In this document: positions 30,312 to 40,764 of the stretch, piece after piece
Numbering within the stretch: the stretch's first letter is position 1
How the letters are laid out: each line of letters opens with the position of its first letter
Assembly (NCBI GenBank): GCA_016840085.1
Contig: JAEOTA010000064.1
Location: 1-64,000 of the forward strand
Reading direction: 5' to 3'
From: Promethearchaeota archaeon
Lineage (GTDB): Archaea > Asgardarchaeota > Lokiarchaeia > Sigyniarchaeales > SOKP01
Length of the DNA stretch: 64,000 nucleotides
Program-made: the position numbers and the translations under genes
Notes under the pieces: model-generated
What the model saw: only the letters and a program-made list of their open reading frames with translations
What the model was told of the DNA's origin: nothing
Databases searched by the model: none

Positions 30312-31742
30312 ATGGAAAGGGAAAATTTAATATTCACTTTAAGTGGAATCCGAGGAATAGCAGAAAAAGCTTTGGATTTCAATATCACGAAAAAAATTAC
30401 TATTGCCTATGGATTATGGCTTGATGGTAAAAATACACAAGTTGTTGTAGGGAAAGATACCAGACCAAGTGGAGAAATAATTGAAAAAGCTGTGATTGAA
30501 GGCCTAATCACAGTTGGTTTAGAAGTTATCAATCTAGGAGTGTGTCCTACTCCTATTATTATTCATGCTAAAAATAAGCTTAATATTCCGGGAGGTATTA
30601 TTATCACAGGCTCCCATAACCCACAAGAGTGGAATGGATTAAAACTTCTTTCTACAAAAACCTTTCTTAATAATAATGATCTAAAGGAAATCTCTATTAA
30701 ATTAAATGAGATTGATCTAAACCATTACCCTTCAATAAAAGTTAATCGCAATCGATACATAAAAACCTTAGATCCAATTAAAGATTATATTCAAGATCTC
30801 TACAAATATATTGATTATAAAGGCATTATAGCCCAAAATGATCTTAGTGTTGTTATTGATACAGGAGCAGGAGCAGGAAAAGTCGCGACATCTCAAATCC
30901 TCAGTAAAATAGGATGTAAAGTGAAATTAATTAATGATGATTTACTGGTTAATAAGATATTTCCGAGAGAGATTGAACCTATTGAAGAAAATTTAAAAGA
31001 TCTAATAATGGAAGTTTGGCAAGGTAACCATGATATTGGTTTTGCGCATGATTCTGATGCTGATAGATTAGCAATAATTGGTGAAAACGGGATATGCTAT
31101 CCTGAAGATATTGGATTAGCACTTATTACTGATTATTACCTTAAAAATAATTCTGATAGGGGGAAAGAAATTATATTTGTGACAAATTTGGCTTCTTCTT
31201 TAAGATTCGAAGTAATTGCTGAAAGGTATGGCGCTCAGGTAATTAGAACGCCTATAGGAGAAAGATTTTTAATAGAAAAAATGAATGAGTTAATAGAAGA
31301 CCCATCTAAAAATTGCCTTGTATTTGGAGGAGAAGGTTCATGTGGAGGAGTTATAATCCCTGATTTTAATAACACAAGAGATGGAATTTTTGCCTCCGCT
31401 AAAATTATTGAAATTTTAGTTAAAACAGGAAAAAAAGTATCAGAATTGGTATCAACACTCCCTAAATATTATTCATATAGAGAAAAAATCAATATTAAGA
31501 ATAAAAATATCAACGAAATTATTAGATTATTAAAGAAAGAATTGTTAGAAGAAGGAGAAGAAATAGAACAATTTAATCTTGATCTCAGATTTGGAAAAGA
31601 AAAAGAGTGGTTTGTTTTAATTCACCCTTCTAATACTGAGCCAATAATTAGAGTTATAAGTGAAGCAAAAAGAAAGTCATTAGCGAGAGTTTATTGTGAG
31701 ACAACAGCAGAACTTATAAAGCTAGAAATATCAATGTTATAA
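30312..31742 (+). CDS. Phosphohexomutase (PGM/PMM/GlmM family)
   Basis: TGSHNP, DSDADR, PSNTEPIIRV. Confidence 0.92.
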   Translation: MERENLIFTLSGIRGIAEKALDFNITKKITIAYGLWLDGKNTQVVVGKDTRPSGEIIEKAVIEGLITVGLEVINLGVCPTPIIIHAKNKLNIPGGIIITGSHNPQEWNGLKLLSTKTFLNNNDLKEISIKLNEIDLNHYPSIKVNRNRYIKTLDPIKDYIQDLYKYIDYKGIIAQNDLSVVIDTGAGAGKVATSQILSKIGCKVKLINDDLLVNKIFPREIEPIEENLKDLIMEVWQGNHDIGFAHDSDADRLAIIGENGICYPEDIGLALITDYYLKNNSDRGKEIIFVTNLASSLRFEVIAERYGAQVIRTPIGERFLIEKMNELIEDPSKNCLVFGGEGSCGGVIIPDFNNTRDGIFASAKIIEILVKTGKKVSELVSTLPKYYSYREKINIKNKNINEIIRLLKKELLEEGEEIEQFNLDLRFGKEKEWFVLIHPSNTEPIIRVISEAKRKSLARVYCETTAELIKLEISML

Positions 31743-31871
31743 TTTTTTACAATATTTTTGTTGAAATTGCAATGTGTTTTCCCATCCATTTCCCATTTTC
31801 TCTTTCTATAAGGTTCAATCTACCGTTAAATTTAAATATTTAAGTATAATATATTTATTTTAAACATATTT

Positions 31872-32040
31872 GTTGATTATTTCATGGTAATTAAAGATCA
31901 TAGATGGATCGGGTTGGATTGTGGAGATACCTTAATCCGTACTCCGTCTATAAGTAAATCAATGACCATGACATTAATGTATGTAGGATTTAATGTATAG
32001 ATCCTTAATGCATTATCCTAATAAATACATAAAAATCAGC
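31872..32040 (+). ncRNA. Candidate two-hairpin ncRNA (about 170 nt)
   Basis: Closing stem 31872-78/32034-40 encloses two long imperfect hairpins. Non-WC pairs are G-U on the + strand. TATA-like TTTAAATA near 31831. Confidence 0.5.
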
Positions 32041-32239
32041 AAAACATTGACTCTTTTCCTTTAACTTTTCATACTTTACTTAAATAGGAATTTACATAAT
32101 TGAACTGAATCTCTACTTCTTAGACATTTTCTACACTGTATTAGCTTTGGTGCAGGATAATTTCAAATTAGGATAAATAAATATGTTTTTTTCCAAAAAA
32201 TAAATTTATAAAAAAAATTAAAAAAATATAAAAAATGAG

Positions 32240-32500
32240 GTGAAAGAGTTGTTAGAATTAAAGGAATTGGCAGAGAAAAGAGAAGCTGCTAAACTTAAAA
32301 AAGCTCAAGAATTAGAAAAATTAGAATTACTTGAGTTTAGCCACAATAAACCACAAAAGAAACAAGATAGATTAGAAAAGCTAAATCTAAAGTTATTAGA
32401 ACTTTACGAAAGAGCGAAGTATAATCCAAGATACTTAGAAGAAAAGCAAAAATACTTAAGAAGTCTAGAAGTCCTGAAAGAAAATTACAGGAATCTTTAA
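32240..32500 (+). CDS. Small charged coiled-coil protein
   Basis: 86 aa, K/E/L-rich; GTG start. Confidence 0.55.
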   Translation: MKELLELKELAEKREAAKLKKAQELEKLELLEFSHNKPQKKQDRLEKLNLKLLELYERAKYNPRYLEEKQKYLRSLEVLKENYRNL

Positions 32501-32561
32501 TGCTGCTAAAGAGATAAAAAGACAATAAAGGTGAATTATAATATCAGCAAATAATAATGAA

Positions 32562-33818
32562 ATGGACCAAGAAATAGTAGATCTCCAGACTGTATACGAT
32601 AAAACAGAGAAAATTCAGAACACTATTCACAATAGAATTCATGTAAATAAATGGGAGTCAAATTTAAGGAAATCATATTTATTTCATTTTTTCATGGGTC
32701 TTCACTTGATATCAGGAGTACTATTACCCTTTTTCCTGACTTGGGGAAAATTAACTTTCGTCGAGGTTATGTTGTTACAAAGCTACTTTACAATTATGAT
32801 TTTAATATTTGAGATACCTTGTGGCGCTATAGCTGATTATATTAGCAGAAAGGTCTCTTTACAACTAGGAGCTTTAATCACTGCGATGGCAGCATTAATC
32901 TATGGAAGCTATCCGAACATAATCATTTTTGCTATTGGTGAAACTTTATGGGCTTTTGCTAGTGCTTTAACCTCTGGTACTGATCAAGCTTTTATATATG
33001 ATACATTGAGAAAACTTGAAAGAGAGGATGATATATCAAAAGTGATGGCTAGAAATAGGAGTTTCACATTGTTTGGCATAGCAATTTCAGCTCCAATAGG
33101 TTCAATCATAGCTGCGTATGCTTCGTTAAACCTGGTAATGACTTTTATGTTTATTCCATTTTTCATCGCAACATTAATATCACTGACATTAAAAGAACCA
33201 AATCATGATTTAGAGAAAAAGAAAACTGAGAATTATTTCACTGTAATAAAATCTGGATTTAATGAACTCAAGAGAAATAGCGTTCTAAGAGTATTATCGT
33301 TTGAAATGATAATAACAGAGACAGCAGTCTTCTATATAATTTGGCTATATCAACTTTATCTTGAAGCATTACAATTTCAATTAATATTCTTTGGATTCAT
33401 AAGCACATCAATGACTTTAATACAGATAGTTTTTAACAACATAGTTATAAAACTTGAAAATAAATGCAATAATAAGAAACGGTTCTTACAATTTTATTCG
33501 ATAATACCAGGAATAGGATTTATTCTTATGTCAGTGATTTTCTTCATCCCGGTTAGCATTCCTTTAATTCTTATAGTAATAGGATTCGGTTTTTCACGGA
33601 GCTTACTGTTTACTAAGGCGATAAATAGCCAAATTGAGACACAGAATAGAGCCACAGTGATAAGCACAATAAATATGATAGCAAGTCTTATAAGAGCGAT
33701 TCTTTACCCTTTCATTGGATACTTTGTAATGATTAATTTAAGTATAACATTTCTATTTCTGGGTGCCATGATAATCGTGTTTGCATTGTTCTCAAGAATT
33801 AAGAGCGAATATTTATAA
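32562..33818 (+). CDS. MFS transporter
   Basis: EIPCGAIADYISRK, SGTDQAFIYD; about 12 TM segments. Confidence 0.9.
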   Translation: MDQEIVDLQTVYDKTEKIQNTIHNRIHVNKWESNLRKSYLFHFFMGLHLISGVLLPFFLTWGKLTFVEVMLLQSYFTIMILIFEIPCGAIADYISRKVSLQLGALITAMAALIYGSYPNIIIFAIGETLWAFASALTSGTDQAFIYDTLRKLEREDDISKVMARNRSFTLFGIAISAPIGSIIAAYASLNLVMTFMFIPFFIATLISLTLKEPNHDLEKKKTENYFTVIKSGFNELKRNSVLRVLSFEMIITETAVFYIIWLYQLYLEALQFQLIFFGFISTSMTLIQIVFNNIVIKLENKCNNKKRFLQFYSIIPGIGFILMSVIFFIPVSIPLILIVIGFGFSRSLLFTKAINSQIETQNRATVISTINMIASLIRAILYPFIGYFVMINLSITFLFLGAMIIVFALFSRIKSEYL

Positions 33819-33972
33819 TAAACTTGTTTTTTTAATTTTGAATATTTAATTTTTAAGGAGATTAAGAATATGGGAGAAAAAAAAATCCTTATCATAAAAT
33901 ATTATTTTCTATTTTTGTAATAGCAAATTCTTTTTATTTGATTAAAAATGAAAAAGTAAGAGGTATCGAAAC

Positions 33973-35508
33973 ATGAAAAGAGTATATATTACAACTCCAA
34001 TATATTATGTGAATGATGATCCACATATTGGGCATGCTCATACAACAATTATGGGTGATATTCTAAAGCGTATTTTAAAAATGCGTGGAGTTCAAGTTTT
34101 TTATACAACTGGTGTTGATGAACATGGACAGAAGAATCAAGCTAGTGCCCACGAAAGCGGTTTTTCTGTAAATAATTATTTAGACCAAAAAGCTACTGTT
34201 TTTAAATCTGTATTTGAAAAATTAAATATTTCTTTTGATTTTTTCGTCCGAACATCACGAGAGGGTCATAAAAATTATGTAAAGCAGGTTTTGGATGAAC
34301 TTTTTAGCAATAAATTGATTTATAAAAAATATTATGAAGGGTTGTATTGTCTTGGATGTGAACAGTTTAAAAAAACTTCAGATTTAGATGAGAATGGGCT
34401 GTGCCCTGATCATAAAAAAGAACCTGAAATTCAAAAAGAAGTGAATTATTTTTTAAAAATTAGTGAATACCAATCCTGGTTAATAAATTGCATAAAAAAG
34501 AATAAAACTCTCATTCAGCCCACAGTTTATCAAAAAGAGGTTTTAGCCATGTTAAATGAGCCATTGGATGATTGGTGTATTTCTCGCCCAAAAAGCAGGG
34601 TGACATTGGGAATTGATTTCCCATTTGATAGTAATTTTGTTACTTATGTATGGTTTGATGCACTTTTAAATTATATTTCAAATCTCAAGCTAAATTTTGA
34701 AGGAGAATCCGAGTTTAATAATTATTGGGCTAATTTAATTCATCTCGGGGGAAAAGATATAATTAAAACCCATTGTATCTATTGGCTTATAATGTTAAAA
34801 ATTCTTGATTTAAATCTACCAAAATCTATCCAAATTCATGGACATTGGGTCGGTAAAGGAGGAATCAAGATGTCAAAATCGTTAGGAAATGTTATAGACC
34901 CATTAAAACTTCAACAAAGAATTGGAACAGATGCCATTCGATTTTTTTTATCTAGTAAAATGACAAATAAAGATTCTCGGATTAACCCCTCACTTATTAA
35001 ATCTTGTTATGAGAATGATCTTGCAAACAATATCGGAAATCTATTGTATCGTGCCTGTAAATTTACACTAAAGAACTTTGGTGATAAAGTACCAGAACCT
35101 GGAGATTTAATTGAAAGAGAAAAAATTTTACATTTATTTTTAGAGAAAATATTGAAAGTAAATATAAGTCAGCCCAGCTTAAAGATTTCTTATGAATTAG
35201 CTAATTCAATCCTAATTATTGGAAATAAACTAAATAAATATTTTAATGATGCAGCCCCTTGGAAACTCATAAAAGGAAAAAACAAAGAGAAAGAAGTGAA
35301 AACAGTCTTATATACTGTTCTGGATGGAGTTAAAGTTCTCTTTGAATTGGCATATCCAATTATTCCAAATACTGCAAATGAAGTTTTAGAAATTATTGGA
35401 GCAAATAGAATACCTGATCGAATTATTAATCACAATATTCAAGTGGGTAAACTCAAACCAGGTTCAAAAATTTTAAGTCCAAAAATAATCTTTCCAAAAT
35501 TAGTTTAA
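33973..35508 (+). CDS. metG: Methionyl-tRNA synthetase, bacterial MetRS1-like, no C-terminal OB domain
   Basis: TTPIYYVNDDPHIGH, TGVDEHGQK, YVWFDAL, KMSKSLGN. Confidence 0.93.
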   Translation: MKRVYITTPIYYVNDDPHIGHAHTTIMGDILKRILKMRGVQVFYTTGVDEHGQKNQASAHESGFSVNNYLDQKATVFKSVFEKLNISFDFFVRTSREGHKNYVKQVLDELFSNKLIYKKYYEGLYCLGCEQFKKTSDLDENGLCPDHKKEPEIQKEVNYFLKISEYQSWLINCIKKNKTLIQPTVYQKEVLAMLNEPLDDWCISRPKSRVTLGIDFPFDSNFVTYVWFDALLNYISNLKLNFEGESEFNNYWANLIHLGGKDIIKTHCIYWLIMLKILDLNLPKSIQIHGHWVGKGGIKMSKSLGNVIDPLKLQQRIGTDAIRFFLSSKMTNKDSRINPSLIKSCYENDLANNIGNLLYRACKFTLKNFGDKVPEPGDLIEREKILHLFLEKILKVNISQPSLKISYELANSILIIGNKLNKYFNDAAPWKLIKGKNKEKEVKTVLYTVLDGVKVLFELAYPIIPNTANEVLEIIGANRIPDRIINHNIQVGKLKPGSKILSPKIIFPKLV

Positions 35509-37331
35509 TCTTTTAATTCATTTAAAATAATCTCAGCTAATTTTTTCCCCACTATCTGAGATAATTCTTTTAAAGAAGCCCTTTTTATATTGATAACACT
35601 CCCAAAATAATTAAGTAATTTATTTCTTGTAACTGGACCTACTCCTTCAATATCGTCTAAAATTGAGCCTGTCATGCGTTTTTTCCTTTGCTTTTTGTGG
35701 AGTCTTACAGCGAAACGGTGAGCTTCGTCCCTCACTCTTTGAAATAATTTTAAGAGTGGTGAATTTTTAGGAAGGATAATAGGGTTTTTATTATTAGGTA
35801 TAAAGAGTTCTTCATACTTCTTAGCTAATCCTATAATAGGAATTTCAAGACCTAGTTCTTGTAACACAGAAACACCCGCGTTCAATTGTCCTTTTCCCCC
35901 ATCTATTAATATTAAATCGGGAAGTTCTAAGTTTCGGTTTAATAACATTGTATATCTTCTTTTTAAAACTTCTTTCATCATTGCAACATCATCGGGTGTC
36001 GATTTAGTTCTTATTTTAAAGTGCCTGTAATTCTTATTATATGGTTTTGCTTCTAAAAAATAAACCATTGAGCCAGTTGCGTCTCTCCCTTCAATATTTG
36101 AAATATCAAAGCCTTCAATGATCCTAGGTTCTTTTTGTAGTTTTAAAATTTCTTTTGCTTCTTTTAATACCTCTTCTCTAAAATCTTCTTCATCCATTTT
36201 AATCTGTTCCATTTGAACCTGCTGATTAACCATAACTTTAGCATTTCTATTAGCAATTCGTATTAGGCTTATTTCATAGTCATCTATAGGAGATCTTATT
36301 TGTATCTCTCCTTTTATATCTTTTAAATACTTAATTAGAATATCAAATCTTTCGCTTACTTCAGCAATAATTATTACATCTGGTAATTGGGTTTTAAAAT
36401 CTTGATAATATTGTTCCAAGATAGAAGAAAGCAACTCACCTTTATGAACTAGTTTTTCTCTTAAATCGAAATTAAAAGAATTTTTATTTATTATTCTACC
36501 CTCTCTAATATGAATTATTATCATTGCCACATAATTATCTTCAGAATGATATCCAATGATATCCTTATTCGCATCATGATTTAAGAATACATGTTGCTGA
36601 TCGGTAGCATGATCAATATCATCCAATTTATCTCTCCAGAAAGCTGCTAATTCAAATTCTTGGGATTTTGCAGCATTTTGCATTTTTTCTTCGATTTGTT
36701 TTTTTAGTTCACTTGTTTCTCCTTTTAAAAACATTTCGATTCTTTTAATATTGTTGCGATATTTTTCTTTTGTTATTTCAGTGAAGCATGGACCCAAGCA
36801 AAGTTTTAATTGATAATATAAACAAGGGTTTTTTTTCTTTCTACCAGGTTTTTTACAAGAACAGTAGGGGAATATTTTCCTTAAATCCCTTAGTATTCTT
36901 ACAATTTCTTTTTTATCTGTATAAGGTCCTAAAAACAAATTGTTTTGGGAATATTTTTCTGGATTTCTAATTACACGGATTCTGGGAAAGTCTTCTGAGT
37001 AAAAAATTGCTACCCAAGGATATGATTTAGAATCCCTCATTATTACGTTATAGCGAGGGAGATATTTTTTGATTTGGATATTTTCTAAAAGGAGTGCTTC
37101 TTTCTCATTTTCTGTTATAATATATTCAATAGAACGAATCTTATTTATTAATTCTTTAATTTTTTCCTCATAATAGGGATCTGTATAACTAGTTTTTAAG
37201 AAATATTGATTTACTCTTTTTTTTATATTTTTAGATTTTCCGATGTAAAGTATTGAACCTTTCTTATCTACAAATAAATAAACTCCAGGTTCGTTAGGTA
37301 AACTTTTTCTTTGTAATTCTAAGTCCTTCAT
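35505..37331 (-). CDS. uvrC: Excinuclease ABC subunit C
   Basis: PGVY..LYIGKSKN GIY-YIG, UVR domain, FDISN, DGGKGQ, RDEAHRFA, C-terminal HhH. Confidence 0.96.
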   Translation of the reverse strand: MKDLELQRKSLPNEPGVYLFVDKKGSILYIGKSKNIKKRVNQYFLKTSYTDPYYEEKIKELINKIRSIEYIITENEKEALLLENIQIKKYLPRYNVIMRDSKSYPWVAIFYSEDFPRIRVIRNPEKYSQNNLFLGPYTDKKEIVRILRDLRKIFPYCSCKKPGRKKKNPCLYYQLKLCLGPCFTEITKEKYRNNIKRIEMFLKGETSELKKQIEEKMQNAAKSQEFELAAFWRDKLDDIDHATDQQHVFLNHDANKDIIGYHSEDNYVAMIIIHIREGRIINKNSFNFDLREKLVHKGELLSSILEQYYQDFKTQLPDVIIIAEVSERFDILIKYLKDIKGEIQIRSPIDDYEISLIRIANRNAKVMVNQQVQMEQIKMDEEDFREEVLKEAKEILKLQKEPRIIEGFDISNIEGRDATGSMVYFLEAKPYNKNYRHFKIRTKSTPDDVAMMKEVLKRRYTMLLNRNLELPDLILIDGGKGQLNAGVSVLQELGLEIPIIGLAKKYEELFIPNNKNPIILPKNSPLLKLFQRVRDEAHRFAVRLHKKQRKKRMTGSILDDIEGVGPVTRNKLLNYFGSVINIKRASLKELSQIVGKKLAEIILNELKD

Positions 37332-37477
37332 GAATAAATTAAAATCTATTGATATTTATGATATAATAGTTTGTTGAATTTTTTATTTTTATCAACAAAA
37401 GAATCAAGATATAATTAATAATTAAAGAGAATAAATGTTATTTATTATTATTAAACATAAGCAGTAATAGGTTTAAT

Positions 37478-37693
37478 GTGAAAAGTAGTGTTTTTATGGT
37501 TAATATTAGAATTTGTCCAAGATGTAAAAAGCCTACATTAAGAAACGCAACAAATGTTAGTGGTTGGCTTGCTCCCGATTTATATGAGTGCAGTGATAAG
37601 AAGTGTGGTTATATTGGTAGATTTTATATTGAAGTTGATTCAGAAGATTTTAAATTAGATCAAGAAGAAAATTCTTTTAATTTAGAAGAATAA
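37478..37693 (+). CDS. Small zinc-ribbon protein
   Basis: CPRC...YECSDKKCGY. Confidence 0.7.
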   Translation: MKSSVFMVNIRICPRCKKPTLRNATNVSGWLAPDLYECSDKKCGYIGRFYIEVDSEDFKLDQEENSFNLEE

Positions 37694-37704
37694 AACAATA
37701 ATTT

Positions 37705-38646
37705 GTGATTTTTATGGAACAATTATTAAACGATGCTGAAAGAATTAGGTCATTAGAAATACAAGGTGCTACTAATGTAGCACTTAGAGCAATTGACTTT
37801 TTAAGTGATTATGCTAAAAGATTAAAATGTGAGAATATTGACAAATGTTTTGAGAGCCTTTATAATGCAAGAGATATTTTAATTGAAACAAGGCCCACGG
37901 AACCTGCTATGAAAAATGGTTTGAAATTTATTATGAAAAAATTAGAAGAAGATAAAGAAAACTTATATGCTGAGTATATTTCTGATTTCATTGAAAAATA
38001 TAAGAATCAATACTATGATATGATTCAAATATCAAAGAAAAGAATTGCTGAAATTGGCGCTCGACGAATTCCTGCTACCAGTAAGAAATATACTGTAATG
38101 ACACATTGCCATTCATCTTTAGTTGCTGCGATTCTATTAGAGGCTAAAAAGCAGGGAAAGAATTTCAAGGTAATAAATACAGAAACTCAACCTAGATTGC
38201 AAGGTCGGAAAACAGCAAAAAAGTTATTAGATGCTGGAATTGAAGTCACTCAAGTTATTGATAGCGCAATGCGATGGGCTGTTAGGCATTTTCAAGTAGA
38301 TTTAATTTTAATTGGGGCAGATAGTATTACTTCTGAAGGAACAATTATCAATAAAATAGGATCAAGATTGCTAGCATTAGTAGCTCATGAAGAACACGTA
38401 CCTTTTTATGTGGCATCTCCATTATTGAAATATAATCCAGAAACCAATTTGGGTATTTTAGAAATTATCGAAATGAGAGAGCCAAAAGAAATATGGGAAA
38501 ATCCTCCAGAAGGTATAGAGATCCTAAATCCTGCATTTGAGACAGTAAGTAGAAGGTATATCGATGGATTAATTACAGAAGCAGGAATATTTGCTTCAAG
38601 TCATGTCCCAAATTATTTCGCGAAAATATATCCAGAAATGGTGTAA
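37705..38646 (+). CDS. e2b2: Ribose-1,5-bisphosphate isomerase (eIF-2B family)
   Basis: IQGATNVA, TRPTEP, THCHSS, GADSI, NKIGS, NPAFE; form III RuBisCO nearby. Confidence 0.82.
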   Translation: MIFMEQLLNDAERIRSLEIQGATNVALRAIDFLSDYAKRLKCENIDKCFESLYNARDILIETRPTEPAMKNGLKFIMKKLEEDKENLYAEYISDFIEKYKNQYYDMIQISKKRIAEIGARRIPATSKKYTVMTHCHSSLVAAILLEAKKQGKNFKVINTETQPRLQGRKTAKKLLDAGIEVTQVIDSAMRWAVRHFQVDLILIGADSITSEGTIINKIGSRLLALVAHEEHVPFYVASPLLKYNPETNLGILEIIEMREPKEIWENPPEGIEILNPAFETVSRRYIDGLITEAGIFASSHVPNYFAKIYPEMV

Positions 38647-39065
38647 TGTTCCAATAGTTAGTATCGAGAATTTCACTAATTCTATTGAGGGATTTCATTA
38701 ATATTGTAAATAAGGATATTAATACTTGCATTTATAAAAATCGTTAATGAATAATTCCCCGTTATCTGATAAGACATAAATTTTATGTATTGATTTTTAG
38801 AAAATCTTTATACTCCAAATTTGAATATACTGAATAGAATTCATATGGATTAATTTTGCTATATAAGAGAAAGAAAAATATCGTAAAAATAGTATATCGT
38901 GTTGATTTTTTAATGATTTAGACGGACGTATCGTTGAGTCTATTTACACACTTGTGATAAGTGTATTATTAATAAAAAAGATAAAAAAAAAATTTAATTT
39001 GAAAAATAAGAAGTATAAAAAATTGAAATTAAAAAATAAATAAGAAATGTTTTTAGGAGTTTAGT

Positions 39066-40724
39066 TTGACAATTGAAATCTTTATTAACTTTTGTAGAGT
39101 TGTTACTGATTTTATAAAAGAAAATATTGATGCTAAAAATAATGATTTTGATAATTATATAAAGTATATTAAAAATAAAGGAGTCAATGGTAATTTAATT
39201 CTTAAAGAAATTCTCAAAGAAGATAGGTTAAAAGAGTTTATTATAACAGCAGGAATAAGAGCAGATAAAAGAAAAAAACTACAACTCAGAAGATGCTCAC
39301 AAGTTATCTCTCTAGCCTTAATTAAATGTCCTGAATACAACAGTCTTAAAGAGAAGTTAACCAAATTGACTAATTTGAGTGATACACAAATAAGGAACTT
39401 AATAAAAAGATATATCCCCCTTTTAAAAGAATTTAACCCTAATCTAAATTTAAGCAAATGGTTGCCTAAATCTTATATTTATACTTATACTAAAGTTAAG
39501 AAATTAGTGGAGGAGGTAGGTTTAGAGAAGACTAGTAAAAAGGGCATCTTATTAAAACCTAAACAAGAACAACAATTTGAAGAGTTAGCAAAGAAGCAAA
39601 AGCCATCTCGAGTTCCGCTATTGGTGAAATGTGGAGCTTGTGGATATAAATGGTCTACTAATGCATTTAATTTACAACAAAAAAATTGGTGTAAATACTG
39701 TGTTTTTAATATATATACATATGATAAAGTTAAAACATTAGTTGAGAATAAAGGTTTTGAAAAATCAGGTGTAAAAGGAATACTACTAAAACCAGAAAGT
39801 AAAAATGAATTTAAGGAATTAGCAAATAATAGAAAGCCAAATAGAGTCCCACTTTTGGTGAAATGTGGAGTTTGTGGATATATATGGTCTACTAATCCCG
39901 ATCGTTTACAACAAGGAAAATGGTGTGAATGTTGTGGTAAAGGAATGTACACATATGATAAAGTTAAACAATTAATAGAAAATGTAGGTTTTGAAAAGGC
40001 AGGTAAAAAGGGAGTATTAATAACGCCAAAAAATAAAAAAAATTTTGATGAACTAACTCATAAACACCCTCCAAGTCGAGTTCCTTTATTGATAGAATGT
40101 GGAGTATGTGGGTATAAATGGTCATCTGATGCAGATCGTTTACAAAGAAAACATTGGTGTCCAACTTGCTCCGAAGGTGAATTCGAGCAGATATGTCGTT
40201 GGTATATCGAAAAAGTTTTTAGTTTTATATTCCAGTCAAAAATAACTTTCCCGAAAACGCAATTAAACAAAGTAATTAATTTCTATAATATAAAATACTA
40301 TACTGAAGCAGAAAAAGATTTAATCCATGATCTGATTAAATATGGACATTTAGATGGTTATTCTAAAATTAAAAATAGAATAAAAACTATAAAAATAGCA
40401 TTTGAATATAATGGTGAACAACATTATAAGTTTCTAAAACATTTCCATAAAGATAAAGCGGATCTCATACATCAAATACTTCGAGATAAAGTAAAATAGA
40501 AGCTTTGTGAAGAAAATAACATAATTCTTATTGAATTTCCCTACTATATTGATAAAAAAATGAAAAATTCGAAAAAAATTCAAAATTATATTGTTAAAGA
40601 GCTTAGGATAAAAGCTAGTATTGAAATACCTTATAATTTACCTAAATACAACCATAATTGTCCAGATTTTGGACAGTATAGGTTAGATCAATATCTTAAA
40701 GATAATAATCAAAAACTATTTTGA
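39066..40724 (+). pseudogene. Zinc-ribbon repeat + PD-(D/E)xK/Vsr-like endonuclease interrupted by one in-frame TAG (40497-40499)
   Basis: Three 78-aa CxxC...WCxxC repeats, HLDGY..AFEYNGEQHY. The frame continues after the TAG as KLCEENNIILIEFPY to TGA 40722-40724. Confidence 0.72.
39480..40175 (+). repeat. Three diverged 234-bp intragenic repeats
   Basis: YTYxKVK codons start at 39480, 39714 and 39948. Confidence 0.85.
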
Positions 40725-40764
40725 GATATTTATAGCTTTTTTTTAATTTTAATATATTATATAA

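Noticed and set aside
31872-32040. SECIS element
   Set aside because: No neighbouring gene with an in-frame TGA and no convincing AUGA/GA core.
38915-38966. Two short hairpins upstream of the repeat nuclease (TAGAC/GTCTA, TACAC/GTGTA)
   Set aside because: Stems are too short to distinguish from chance; no matching end or TSD found downstream.
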